A DNA stretch of 64,000 nucleotides. Origin: a virus. The stretch spans positions 1-64,000 of IMG/VR virus record IMGVR_UViG_3300049027_000059. One strand, 5' to 3'. The translations under genes and the position numbers were made by a program. The notes below the pieces were generated by a model that saw only the letters and a list, made by a program, of their open reading frames with translations, did not search any database and had not been told where the DNA came from. Below are positions 7,947-15,710 of the stretch, in pieces; within the stretch, counting starts at the first letter, position 1, and each line of letters begins with the position of its first letter.

Positions 7947-8369
7947 ATGGAAAAATTAACTCAACAACAAAAAGAGCAGTACAACTTTGATCCTAATTAC
8001 TGCCCGTACTGCCAAAGCGAAGACATTGACTCGTACGAAGCACACGTAGAACAGCGAATGGTATTGGTGCCTCTCAAGTGTCACGCCTGCGACGCTACAT
8101 GGCACGACAAATATAAGTTTGAAGGCGTTGCGGAAATACCACAAGAAAAAGGCAATGCTTTATTCAAGAATTACGAATTCGGTAAGCAGTTGCACGGCTA
8201 TGCAGACGGTGTTGCAGGCTTGACTTATCAGGTATCTGGCAACATGCTTGTACTTTGCGACTGCGACGGCAACGAAATTATGGGCTACGATTATCTAAGC
8301 GCTGAAGAATTGCTGCATGACCTTGATTTAATACCTAAGCTATTCGGGACTCACTTAACCAGATATTAA
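7947..8369 (+). CDS. hypothetical protein with N-terminal zinc ribbon
   Basis: 140 aa with CPYCQS...CHAC. The ATG lies 4 nt after TAAAAACTTTGCA. Confidence 0.7.
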   Translation: MEKLTQQQKEQYNFDPNYCPYCQSEDIDSYEAHVEQRMVLVPLKCHACDATWHDKYKFEGVAEIPQEKGNALFKNYEFGKQLHGYADGVAGLTYQVSGNMLVLCDCDGNEIMGYDYLSAEELLHDLDLIPKLFGTHLTRY

Positions 8370-8371
8370 CA

Positions 8372-8542
8372 ATGAAATGCTTTTTCACAGGGTGCAAGCA
8401 TCCTGTTACGTATAACGTAACGAAGCTGTTCGGGGATAGGGGGACTTTCCAGACGTGCAGCAAGCACAAACCGGACAAAGACAAAAGGCCGGAAGGGCTA
8501 CGCAATCTGCCTTTCTTTTATGAAGTTAAACCTATTCAATAA
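8372..8542 (+). CDS. hypothetical small Cys/His protein (56 aa)
   Basis: MKCFFTGCKHPVTY...TCSKHKP. Below the track cutoff and tightly packed between neighbours. Confidence 0.45.
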   Translation: MKCFFTGCKHPVTYNVTKLFGDRGTFQTCSKHKPDKDKRPEGLRNLPFFYEVKPIQ

Positions 8543-8547
8543 ACAAC

Positions 8548-8927
8548 ATGGAAAATATTACAGAAAATAACAGGCTTATAGCTGAGTTTATGGGCTATGA
8601 AAAACGAGTTTATCACCCTAATATCTTCTATTCTATCCCTTATCTATCCCTTATCTATCAGGGATACATAAGGGCTCATATAGGGAATTTCAGGATATAG
8701 ATTTACAGTTTCATGATAATTGGGATTGGTTAATGCCAGTAGTGGAGAAGATAGATTCTATAGACGGCGTCAGTGATTTTATTATATGCATCACAGCAAC
8801 CACTGTTTCAGCAAGGATTAACGGAATGTTTTTAAACCCTAAGAATTTTATAGAAGGCGAAACACGTTTACAGCGCACCTACCAAGCAGTAGTTCAATTC
8901 ATCAAATGGTATAACGCTAATAAATAA
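8548..8927 (+). pseudogene. gene split by an 11-bp tandem duplication (frameshift)
   Basis: Frame 1 (ATG 8548) stops at 8698-8700. The C-terminal part (...DLQFHDNWDWLMPVVEKID...) is in another frame, open from 8622 to 8927. Removing one 11-bp repeat copy joins them into one 122-codon ORF. Confidence 0.6.
8633..8659 (+). repeat. 11-bp tandem duplication (CTATCCCTTAT x2 plus partial CTATC)
   Basis: Read directly: ctatcccttat ctatcccttat ctatc. Confidence 0.9.
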
Positions 8928-8929
8928 AA

Positions 8930-9289
8930 ATGGAAAATAAACAACAAGGCGCGGCAGAAATACGCCTCACACTAGAAAATTCAACGATCACGGCCTACCA
9001 TTTTGACGGCACGGAACTATTCAGCAAACCTGCCATAAAAGGCGATTGGGAACGGATATGGTCCGCTATCCATGCCGTGCCTGCACCCGTTACGCCGACC
9101 GAATTAAAAGCATTTCTTGAGCAACCCGGTATAAACCTGACAGGAATCTGCAAAGAGGCGGGGATCACAAAGCAGCCCCTGTACAGGTATTTAAATGCCG
9201 GACGTCTGCCCGGGGCAAAGATGTTAGAGAAATTATTACCGGTCCTGCGCAAGTACGGGTTAAGAGCTTCAGGGGCTGTCCAATCTTAA
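8930..9289 (+). CDS. hypothetical protein with C-terminal helix-turn-helix
   Basis: 119 aa. LTGICKEAGITKQPLYRYLNAGRLPG is HTH-like. Confidence 0.65.
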   Translation: MENKQQGAAEIRLTLENSTITAYHFDGTELFSKPAIKGDWERIWSAIHAVPAPVTPTELKAFLEQPGINLTGICKEAGITKQPLYRYLNAGRLPGAKMLEKLLPVLRKYGLRASGAVQS

Positions 9290-9307
9290 AATCAATTCAA
9301 TTTAAAT

Positions 9308-9385
9308 ATGAAACATTTACAATTCATCCTGCCAGGGATCGCCCTGGTCGCGCAGATCATTTTGGCTGTGCTTGCCCTGGTCTGA
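9308..9385 (+). CDS. possible 25-aa hydrophobic peptide
   Basis: MKHLQFILPGIALVAQIILAVLALV, followed by a terminator. Very short. Confidence 0.3.
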   Translation: MKHLQFILPGIALVAQIILAVLALV

Positions 9386-9402
9386 TCAGGGAATTTTTGC
9401 AA

Positions 9403-9438
9403 ATCTTGTTCGGTGAAAATCGGGCAAGATTTTTTTTA
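9403..9438 (+). terminator. intrinsic terminator
   Basis: ATCTTG...CAAGAT hairpin followed by a T8 run. Confidence 0.6.
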
Positions 9439-9529
9439 TGCGTTTAGGGGCTGCAAACGCTGTTTTTCAGGGATTTTTTAAATATAAAAATTTTGTATTT
9501 TTACAAATCACTTTGAATAACAAAGGACT

Positions 9530-9898
9530 ATGAACAAGGTTGACCGCCTCGCTGGCATTGACGTAATAAATCGCATCATGCAAGCCATTCACGACTTCAA
9601 GTATAAATACAGCATTGGAGAAGGCGCTTTTTGGGACTTAATGAGCATTTATTGGCACGAACAAGCCACCGGAAAAGGGACCACTATATATCAGCTAGGC
9701 AAGATGAGATACAACACACTACACGGTTCTCGTGCCATATTTTATAGACGAACCACTCTTATCCAAAAAGGGCTTGTTATATTATTAAAAAACGGTTCTT
9801 TCCTCACCCCCCTAGCCAGAAAAGAAATAGAGCAAATGCTCTCTATAATCCCTGAACAAGTACTCAAAACTGTAGTTGCCCAAAACTACAAGAAATAA
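9530..9898 (+). CDS. putative winged-helix (MarR-like) DNA-binding protein
   Basis: 122 aa. TIYQLGKMRYNTLHGSRAIFYRRTTLIQKGLVILLKNG resembles an HTH plus wing. Weak call. Confidence 0.55.
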   Translation: MNKVDRLAGIDVINRIMQAIHDFKYKYSIGEGAFWDLMSIYWHEQATGKGTTIYQLGKMRYNTLHGSRAIFYRRTTLIQKGLVILLKNGSFLTPLARKEIEQMLSIIPEQVLKTVVAQNYKK

Positions 9899-10057
9899 GC
9901 CTAAAAAGTAAGGGGGTTTAACCCTGATATACCTCACTATCAACTACTTACAGAAACACAAATTTATATAAAAAATTACTCAACTTATTAATCCTATTTT
10001 TCTATTTGTAAATCCCCTATATAAATAGATTTATATAAATTAAATATATAATAATAA

Positions 10058-10087
10058 ATAATATAATATAATATAATATAATATAAT
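10058..10087. repeat. (ATAAT)x6 microsatellite in an AT-rich intergenic region
   Basis: Read directly, followed by (AAT)x2. Confidence 0.9.
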
Positions 10088-10191
10088 AATAATCAAGCAC
10101 TTACGAAATTACCCCCTAAAAATACTTGATTACAAAAATGTAAAACCGTAATTTTACAAATACAATTTTGTAAACACCTATTGTAACAAAT

Positions 10192-10647
10192 ATGAAATTT
10201 CGCTTCACAATGAACGGCACGCTCTGGTACGACATGCTGGACCATGTTGCCCTTGTATCCTACGACTATTCCACGGAATTCAAGACTTGGGTTGCCTTTG
10301 CCCGCAGCTACCGAAAAGATGGGCTGGCCGCCTTTATTGAATACCGCATGGACGAGGCCGGAGAATTCCAGACCATACAACGGATGGACGGCAGAGAACC
10401 CCTGTTACTGGCAGCCTACAAACGCCGCAACAAGATCGGCAAGCAAATGTACGCCACGCCTAAACCCCCGCGTACGCCGGACCCCGAGTGGCGCAAGGGC
10501 ATGACCAGCAAAGAATGGCAGGAGGCCAATGGGTTTGCCCCTGTAGAGGATACCGTTCATAAGTACCCGCTTACCCCTGATGAAGCGCTCGATGCCCCTG
10601 ATGCCCCTGATGACGAGTGGGATGAGATATGGGGGATGCAGGAATGA
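10192..10647 (+). CDS. hypothetical protein
   Basis: 151-aa ORF with an acidic C-terminus. Confidence 0.7.
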   Translation: MKFRFTMNGTLWYDMLDHVALVSYDYSTEFKTWVAFARSYRKDGLAAFIEYRMDEAGEFQTIQRMDGREPLLLAAYKRRNKIGKQMYATPKPPRTPDPEWRKGMTSKEWQEANGFAPVEDTVHKYPLTPDEALDAPDAPDDEWDEIWGMQE

Positions 10648-11147
10648 AGGGGATACTGCCAGACACTAAATATATTATCTACGCGGTAGAGAGCCCTGTA
10701 GACCGTAAGATCATATACGTAGGGGTTAGTGAATCGCTGGACAAGGCTAAACGCGCGCTATATCAGGCAGATAACCCGCGCCTGGCTGCAGAGATCACCA
10801 CCATACGCGCCGCCAGGCTCAAACCGATCATAACAGTGCTTGAGGTGGCAGGGCTGGCTGAGGTGAAGCGGAAGGCGCTCGGATGGCGCTGTGCGTTGCG
10901 GGAACTGGGACACAGACTCCATAACCGGCCCGACAAGGACGTGCCTAAGCGCGCGGCAGGCAGGCGCATGGTCCGTAAGATGCCCTCTACCACTTTCACC
11001 ATTACGCTGCCCGTAGTGCTGGTGGAGAACAGCACGTTCAAGAGGTATGTGGCAGGCGGGATGCTGGGCGCCAGGGTGGCTGAGCTGCTGGTGTCGAAGG
11101 TTGAGGAACTTGAGCGGGCGTCGTCTACTCAGGGGGTGGATAGTTGA
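10644..11147 (+). CDS. hypothetical protein, weak GIY-YIG-like N-terminus
   Basis: ATGA overlap with the upstream stop. KYIIYAVESPVDRKIIYVGVSES ... R...LGHRLHN is loosely GIY-YIG-like. Confidence 0.5.
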   Translation: MKGILPDTKYIIYAVESPVDRKIIYVGVSESLDKAKRALYQADNPRLAAEITTIRAARLKPIITVLEVAGLAEVKRKALGWRCALRELGHRLHNRPDKDVPKRAAGRRMVRKMPSTTFTITLPVVLVENSTFKRYVAGGMLGARVAELLVSKVEELERASSTQGVDS

Positions 11148-11154
11148 GATTATA

Positions 11155-11185
11155 TTTTGATATTATAATAATATTACTTATCTTT
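11155..11185 (+). promoter_or_regulatory. strong consensus promoter, copy 1 of a duplicated 33-nt promoter
   Basis: TTTG-N19-TATCTTTG. ATTTTGATATTATAATAATATTACTTATCTTTG is repeated at 13985-14017 with 2 differences. Confidence 0.6.
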
Positions 11186-11189
11186 GATT

Positions 11190-11579
11190 TATAAAATGAT
11201 TGCACTTTAATTGGTGCATACGGAAAACAGGGCGCGCACCATAGCGGATATCAAGAGTACAAAGAAAACCATAGGCTTCACGGCTAGTTTGGTTGTTGCT
11301 TGCAACAGTATGGAAATAGAATCGGGACTATGCTCTGCGGTATACATGGGATGGCATTGTAGCCTGCCGTTAAATCGGTCAACGGACGTAGAATAGGCGT
11401 TGAAATGTTCACAGCTTTTCGGAAGCAGAGAACTCCTGCAATCCCCTACCCACGGGGGCGGACCTGAATCACATTAAAGCCTGCCGAATCGGTATACATG
11501 CCTATGCGGATGCTATTGAGCCTACAATACCCCGTCTGGCAAAGGAATTACGCGAACATTATCCATTAATTGATTAGCC
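11190..11579 (+). other. 390-nt ORF-free, GC-richer region downstream of the promoter: candidate structured RNA or iteron region
   Basis: No ATG-initiated ORF of 60 aa or more on either strand. Local hairpins and internal direct repeats are present (CGGTATACATG x2, GCCTGCCG x2, AATCGG x3). GGCATTGTAGCCT (11352) is complementary to AGCCTACAATACC (11518) at 11 of 13 positions. Confidence 0.3.
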
Positions 11580-12047
11580 ATGAGCGAAAAGACACTACAG
11601 GAGGAAATGAAAATGAAACCAGCAATTGAATTAATAATTAACGAAAGGCACAGGAAAAGTGAACATCATGGCTTTGACATGGCATTCATTAAGGCAAACA
11701 GCAACTTATACGATGGATGTCAATTACAAATGGCGGCATCTTTTGCGATAACCCTTGATTCAAATTACTGGCCTTACAACTGGAACGATGTCTTTAAAAA
11801 GAATATACAGGCTATGAGTTATAAAGAGCGCTTAGTAGTCGCCGCCGCCTTTCTTGCTGATGAAATTGACAGGGCAAACTTAGTTGATAACGAATCTAGC
11901 CTGATTCAAAACGCGTTGGATATGGAAAGGGCTTTAAATCATCTTTGGAACGATCCACAAAATGCCACCTTGCAATTAAATGTTAGCCAAATTCAACAGC
12001 AGACAAGATACCTGCTTGTTGGTATGGGAATAACTATTAATTCATAA
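11580..12047 (+). CDS. conserved phage protein (all-alpha, ER.R...G...AAAFLADEIDR family)
   Basis: 155 aa. LIINERHRKSEHHGFD...LQMAASFAI...RLVVAAAFLADEIDR matches a recurring small phage family of unknown function. Confidence 0.65.
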   Translation: MSEKTLQEEMKMKPAIELIINERHRKSEHHGFDMAFIKANSNLYDGCQLQMAASFAITLDSNYWPYNWNDVFKKNIQAMSYKERLVVAAAFLADEIDRANLVDNESSLIQNALDMERALNHLWNDPQNATLQLNVSQIQQQTRYLLVGMGITINS

Positions 12048-12049
12048 TC

Positions 12050-13507
12050 ATGAACACAAAGACACTACAGGAGGAAATAGAGCGGTTGCACTATTTTGGA
12101 ACCAGCACAACAGATTTCGGTCACTACTTTTGGGATATAAACTATGAGTACAGCATGGTTAAGAGTAGCTTATGGTTTAAAGATTTGCCCTTCAATCCTG
12201 AGAATTATCCGCGCTACGATAAAGGCGAGCCACAAAAGAAGGGGGATGTTCGATTTTACAACGAATATGGCTACACAATACTTGCTATAACCGGCAGCCC
12301 TAAAGATCAACGGGGTGGTACTAAGTCTGTATTTTTTATAAAAGGTACGCTGACACGGCCTGAAATGGTATCTCTCGTTAAAAGTAACAAGTTAGCTATG
12401 GAGATCATAAATGCAATGCCATTTGACTGTGAATTGAAAGCTGCCGCTTCTCAACAACCATCAGAGGGGGAAAGAGTTGACTCATTTCTTGAATATGTGG
12501 ATCGACTTAAAAACGGTTCATTTGAAGGATGGTCGGATGAAGCACAAGGCGGCTACCTGACAGCCTTGGGATCATTAGTACACTATTATAAAATGGTGCA
12601 ACCCCAATCAGAGGGTACGGCAAATCACAGTACCCTTCAATCAGATGAAGATAGATGGTCTGCTGAAGCCCGTGAAAGGTATATAGCAGAACTGGAAGAT
12701 CGGATAAAGCAACTTGAAAATCCATCAGAGGGGCGCATGAGCCTGCAATGGCTGCTTGAACAGGAGAAATCCAATCAAACGAAACGCATGGATGAATGGA
12801 AAGATAATCAGGAAATGAGACAAAGTATCTTTCTCGATCATGAAGCCAATATTGACGCGATAAATAGAACAATACGCATCCTAAAAGAATATCCCCAATT
12901 TGAAGCTCAGAAGCTAAACGAAGAAGCGGCTAAAACCTGTTTAGATATAATAAAAGGTGCAGCCGCCAGTCAGCCTGCCCCTAAGTTGAGCATGCAAGAG
13001 TGTAAGGATATTGTGGCGAGGAAATATCTGTATTCCTCGTGGTCTGAAGTTGTTGAATGTCACTGGGAACTGTTTAAACCAACAGACGCATTAAAAGCAT
13101 CCTTTGAAAGCCTATTCGACGAAGCAGCACTTCTTTACGCCAGTCAGCAGATCACAGCACTTAAAGACGCGCATTACTGGGAGATGGAAAAGCTGAATGA
13201 AGGTTTAGCAGAGCGTATAAGTATCGCTGTTGGTGAAGCCGAAAAGGAATGGGATGAAGAAAAAGCGCGTCTAACACGAGAAAATGAGTTGCTTACTCAG
13301 GCAAATGCCTACCTGAACAGTCAGCCTGTAAGGGAGTGGGTAAGCGTGGAGGAACGTTTGCCGGAAGTTGATGAAAAAGTTTTAGGAACTAACGGCTACG
13401 ATATCTTCAAATGTCGCCTAACATTATTAAATCATTGGCAAACTGAACACAATGGCGAAAAAATTATTACCCATTGGCAAGAACTCCCATCCCCGCCAGC
13501 GTTATGA
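12050..13507 (+). CDS. hypothetical protein with coiled-coil and C-terminal DUF551-like domain
   Basis: 485 aa. The C-terminus WVSVEERLPEVDEKVLGTNGYDIF...THWQELPSPP has the DUF551 pattern. PSEG repeats in the middle. Confidence 0.7.
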   Translation: MNTKTLQEEIERLHYFGTSTTDFGHYFWDINYEYSMVKSSLWFKDLPFNPENYPRYDKGEPQKKGDVRFYNEYGYTILAITGSPKDQRGGTKSVFFIKGTLTRPEMVSLVKSNKLAMEIINAMPFDCELKAAASQQPSEGERVDSFLEYVDRLKNGSFEGWSDEAQGGYLTALGSLVHYYKMVQPQSEGTANHSTLQSDEDRWSAEARERYIAELEDRIKQLENPSEGRMSLQWLLEQEKSNQTKRMDEWKDNQEMRQSIFLDHEANIDAINRTIRILKEYPQFEAQKLNEEAAKTCLDIIKGAAASQPAPKLSMQECKDIVARKYLYSSWSEVVECHWELFKPTDALKASFESLFDEAALLYASQQITALKDAHYWEMEKLNEGLAERISIAVGEAEKEWDEEKARLTRENELLTQANAYLNSQPVREWVSVEERLPEVDEKVLGTNGYDIFKCRLTLLNHWQTEHNGEKIITHWQELPSPPAL

Positions 13508-13821
13508 ACAGAGACTATCCAAATATTGATGTGAGCACTTGGGTGCCTGGCGCATACCGTGATTGGGTTAAGCCACCTAGCGGTAAAGTGACACTGCCTA
13601 TATGTTTTATGTCCGACTTTACAGGCCGTAAGATTGGAGATAGGCGCTACCCCGATGATCTTGAGTACAACGTGCATCACGGCTTCACGGTAGGCCAGGG
13701 TAAGACAATGTACTGGATGATGATCTGGCATAACTCTGGTCACGTAACCGTTTTTAACAAAGAAACTCCCGCACGCCGGTACATGGATGGGGGTACGATA
13801 ATAACTATTCATTTTAAATAA
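13504..13821 (+). CDS. hypothetical protein
   Basis: ATGA overlap with the upstream stop; 105 aa. Confidence 0.65.
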   Translation: MNRDYPNIDVSTWVPGAYRDWVKPPSGKVTLPICFMSDFTGRKIGDRRYPDDLEYNVHHGFTVGQGKTMYWMMIWHNSGHVTVFNKETPARRYMDGGTIITIHFK

Positions 13822-13822
13822 C

Positions 13823-13984
13823 ATGAGCAAACAAGCCCTACCTTTCGTGTACAGGTTTCCTGATCCGGAACTGAAGAAAAAAGTTGAAGACCGCGCTAAA
13901 GAGACGGACCGGTCCATTAACAGCCACATTACCTACTTACTGAAAAAAGATTTGGAAGAGTCCCAGGAAGAAAAAGAAAAATAA
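13823..13984 (+). CDS. ribbon-helix-helix protein (53 aa)
   Basis: MSKQALPFVYRFPDPELKKKVEDRAKETDRSINSHITYLLKKDL has the Arc/CopG pattern. Below the track cutoff. Confidence 0.55.
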   Translation: MSKQALPFVYRFPDPELKKKVEDRAKETDRSINSHITYLLKKDLEESQEEKEK

Positions 13985-13986
13985 AT

Positions 13987-14017
13987 TTTGATATCATAAT
14001 AATATTACGTATCTTTG
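13987..14017 (+). promoter_or_regulatory. consensus promoter, copy 2 of the duplicated promoter
   Basis: TTTG-N19-TATCTTTG. A second AAAAACTTTGCA box lies at 14030-14043, 2 nt before the ATG at 14046. Confidence 0.6.
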
Positions 14018-14045
14018 GGTATTAGAAACTTAAAAACTTTGCAAC

Positions 14046-14315
14046 ATGGAAAATTTAAAGACAACTCAAGAGATCATCAATCATTTCGCCAGCTTCGCCA
14101 AAAAGCTGAACTGCACCGATAGCGTATGTGTGACCATTACCCATTGGAGTCATTCTAAGCCCTATGTAAAAGTCCTGTTACAATCAGAAGCTATTAACCC
14201 TAGGAACCACCAACCCCAGTACTTATTAGGCGCCGAAGTGCCTTATAATACTAAACTAAATTACAAAGTACTTGAATTGAGATTAGAAGCCGAATGGCTA
14301 ATGCAAGAACTATAG
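14046..14315 (+). CDS. hypothetical protein
   Basis: 89-aa ORF. Confidence 0.65.
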   Translation: MENLKTTQEIINHFASFAKKLNCTDSVCVTITHWSHSKPYVKVLLQSEAINPRNHQPQYLLGAEVPYNTKLNYKVLELRLEAEWLMQEL

Positions 14316-14334
14316 GCTGTCACCTACTAACCGT

Positions 14335-14375
14335 CCGCTTCGCCCCGCACTGAAATAAATGCGGGGTTGAGGCGG
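14335..14375 (+). promoter_or_regulatory. intergenic stem-loop module (copy 2)
   Basis: CCGC..CCCCGCA-ctgaaataaa-TGCGGGG..GCGG followed by TAAAAAAC. The loop is identical to copy 1. Confidence 0.5.
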
Positions 14376-14392
14376 TAAAAAACATTAAATAA

Positions 14393-14596
14393 ATGCAAAT
14401 GTCACAAACAAGGCAAAATGTAAAGTCCCATCTGGTAGCCAGATGGTCAGACAAAGTAAGAGAGACCGACAAAGGTTTTAAACTCAATGCAGACTCACTG
14501 AATAATGAAGACATCCATTATTTAGAATGCGTCCCCGCAAATGTAAAGTACACCATTCGCCGGTCCGGCACAGGACTGGTAGTGATCATTATCTAA
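14393..14596 (+). CDS. hypothetical small protein
   Basis: 67-aa ORF. Confidence 0.55.
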   Translation: MQMSQTRQNVKSHLVARWSDKVRETDKGFKLNADSLNNEDIHYLECVPANVKYTIRRSGTGLVVIII

Positions 14597-14620
14597 CACT
14601 CACCCTGTCGAGCTGCTGCG

Positions 14621-14672
14621 CCCCGCCCTGAGATACAGGCGGGGTTGCGGTGGTGAAAAAAACTTTGCAACA
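14621..14672 (+). promoter_or_regulatory. intergenic stem-loop + CTTTGCA module (copy 3)
   Basis: CCCCGCC-ctgagataca-GGCGGGG, then TTGCGGTGGTGAAAAAAACTTTGCAACA and the ATG at 14673. The stem shows a compensatory change (GCA/TGC to GCC/GGC). Confidence 0.5.
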
Positions 14673-14951
14673 ATGAAAAATCTAAGAGACTTACGCGTGT
14701 CAGGCCACAAGGATTACGTGGCGGTAGACATCATCGACCAACGAGGCCGGATCACACAAACTCCTTTCTACCTATCCGTAGGTGACATCACTCAAGTACT
14801 GTACAACGATACCGAGCAGCACATGATGCGCCTGGCCGAAGTGCAGATCAACGAAGACTTTACCGCTTTGAAGTGCAAGGATGCCGACTACGAGTGGGAG
14901 AGCAATTTTGAAGAGCTGGCTGATCCTAATGTTATACGTTTTATTAATTAA
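14673..14951 (+). CDS. hypothetical protein
   Basis: 92-aa ORF. Confidence 0.65.
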   Translation: MKNLRDLRVSGHKDYVAVDIIDQRGRITQTPFYLSVGDITQVLYNDTEQHMMRLAEVQINEDFTALKCKDADYEWESNFEELADPNVIRFIN

Positions 14952-14957
14952 ATAGGT

Positions 14958-15179
14958 ATGAAAGGACTTTTAATAGGTATGCTGTTTGGAACTACATTCA
15001 CAACTATCATAGCAGAGTATCAAAAGAATAACTATACCCTCTACAAATCAACAGACATGCCCCATTGGGAACGTTCAGATAAAGACTACGGCGATACAAC
15101 GGTAGTAGACACGCTGTATTTTAATAACAAACGTGACACAGTGTACCGGACTGTGCAATACATCAGAGTTAAGTTATGA
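14958..15179 (+). CDS. hypothetical small membrane-anchored protein
   Basis: 73 aa. N-terminal hydrophobic segment MKGLLIGMLFGTTFTTIIA. Confidence 0.55.
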   Translation: MKGLLIGMLFGTTFTTIIAEYQKNNYTLYKSTDMPHWERSDKDYGDTTVVDTLYFNNKRDTVYRTVQYIRVKL

Positions 15180-15340
15180 AAGATCAGATAGTATTGAAAA
15201 TGACCGAAGATGAGTTTACCACCCTCATCTCTGCAATAGACACCCTTTCCGCTATGAGTGTCGACGAGGCTACTCGGGAAGAGATAAAAGCTATTGACAA
15301 AGTATTCAATAAAAACGGTTACAAACGTAAATACAAATAA
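15176..15340 (+). CDS. hypothetical small protein (54 aa)
   Basis: ATGA overlap with the upstream stop. MKDQIVLKMTEDEFTTLISAIDTL... Below the track cutoff. Confidence 0.45.
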   Translation: MKDQIVLKMTEDEFTTLISAIDTLSAMSVDEATREEIKAIDKVFNKNGYKRKYK

Positions 15341-15345
15341 CACTT

Positions 15346-15609
15346 ATGAGAGTAGGCAGCTTAGTCGAACTGATTAACGATAATTGGGTAAAGATCGTGG
15401 CAGGTGAATCACTCCCTGTCAAGGGTAAGATTTACACGGTAAGGGAGATTGAAGGAAATGGCATACGTCTCGAAGAGATCGTAAATCCTATCATGATGTA
15501 CAGCTTCGGAATGAGAGAATGTCGGTTTAATGCGGCCATGTTCCGCGAAGTCCTTCCCCCGATTGATCTGGTTGAAGAACTGCAGGGATTAGCTTCCCGG
15601 TCACGATAA
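15346..15609 (+). CDS. hypothetical protein
   Basis: 87-aa ORF, followed by the hairpin TTCCCCG...CGGGGAA. Confidence 0.6.
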   Translation: MRVGSLVELINDNWVKIVAGESLPVKGKIYTVREIEGNGIRLEEIVNPIMMYSFGMRECRFNAAMFREVLPPIDLVEELQGLASRSR

Positions 15610-15657
15610 AACGCTCTTCCCTGTTTTCCCCGCAAAGTTTTTCGGGGAAGCTGCCCG

Positions 15658-15710
15658 CCTCGCTAGTTCCGACTAGCGGGGTTGCGGTGGTAAAAGACTT
15701 TGCATTAACA
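15658..15710 (+). promoter_or_regulatory. intergenic stem-loop + CTTTGCA module (copy 4)
   Basis: CCTCGCTAGT-tccg-ACTAGCGGGG, then TTGCGGTGGTAAAAGACTTTGCATTAACA and the ATG at 15711. Confidence 0.5.

Noticed and set aside
11211-11396. 61-aa ORF in the 11.2-11.6 kb non-coding region
   Set aside because: It starts at TTG, with no ATG, and has no coupling to neighbouring genes. It covers only part of the region. It is treated as chance, although a small protein cannot be excluded.
13432-13929. 165-aa minus-strand ORF
   Set aside because: It is antisense to three well-packed, overlap-coupled plus-strand genes, and its composition is not protein-like.
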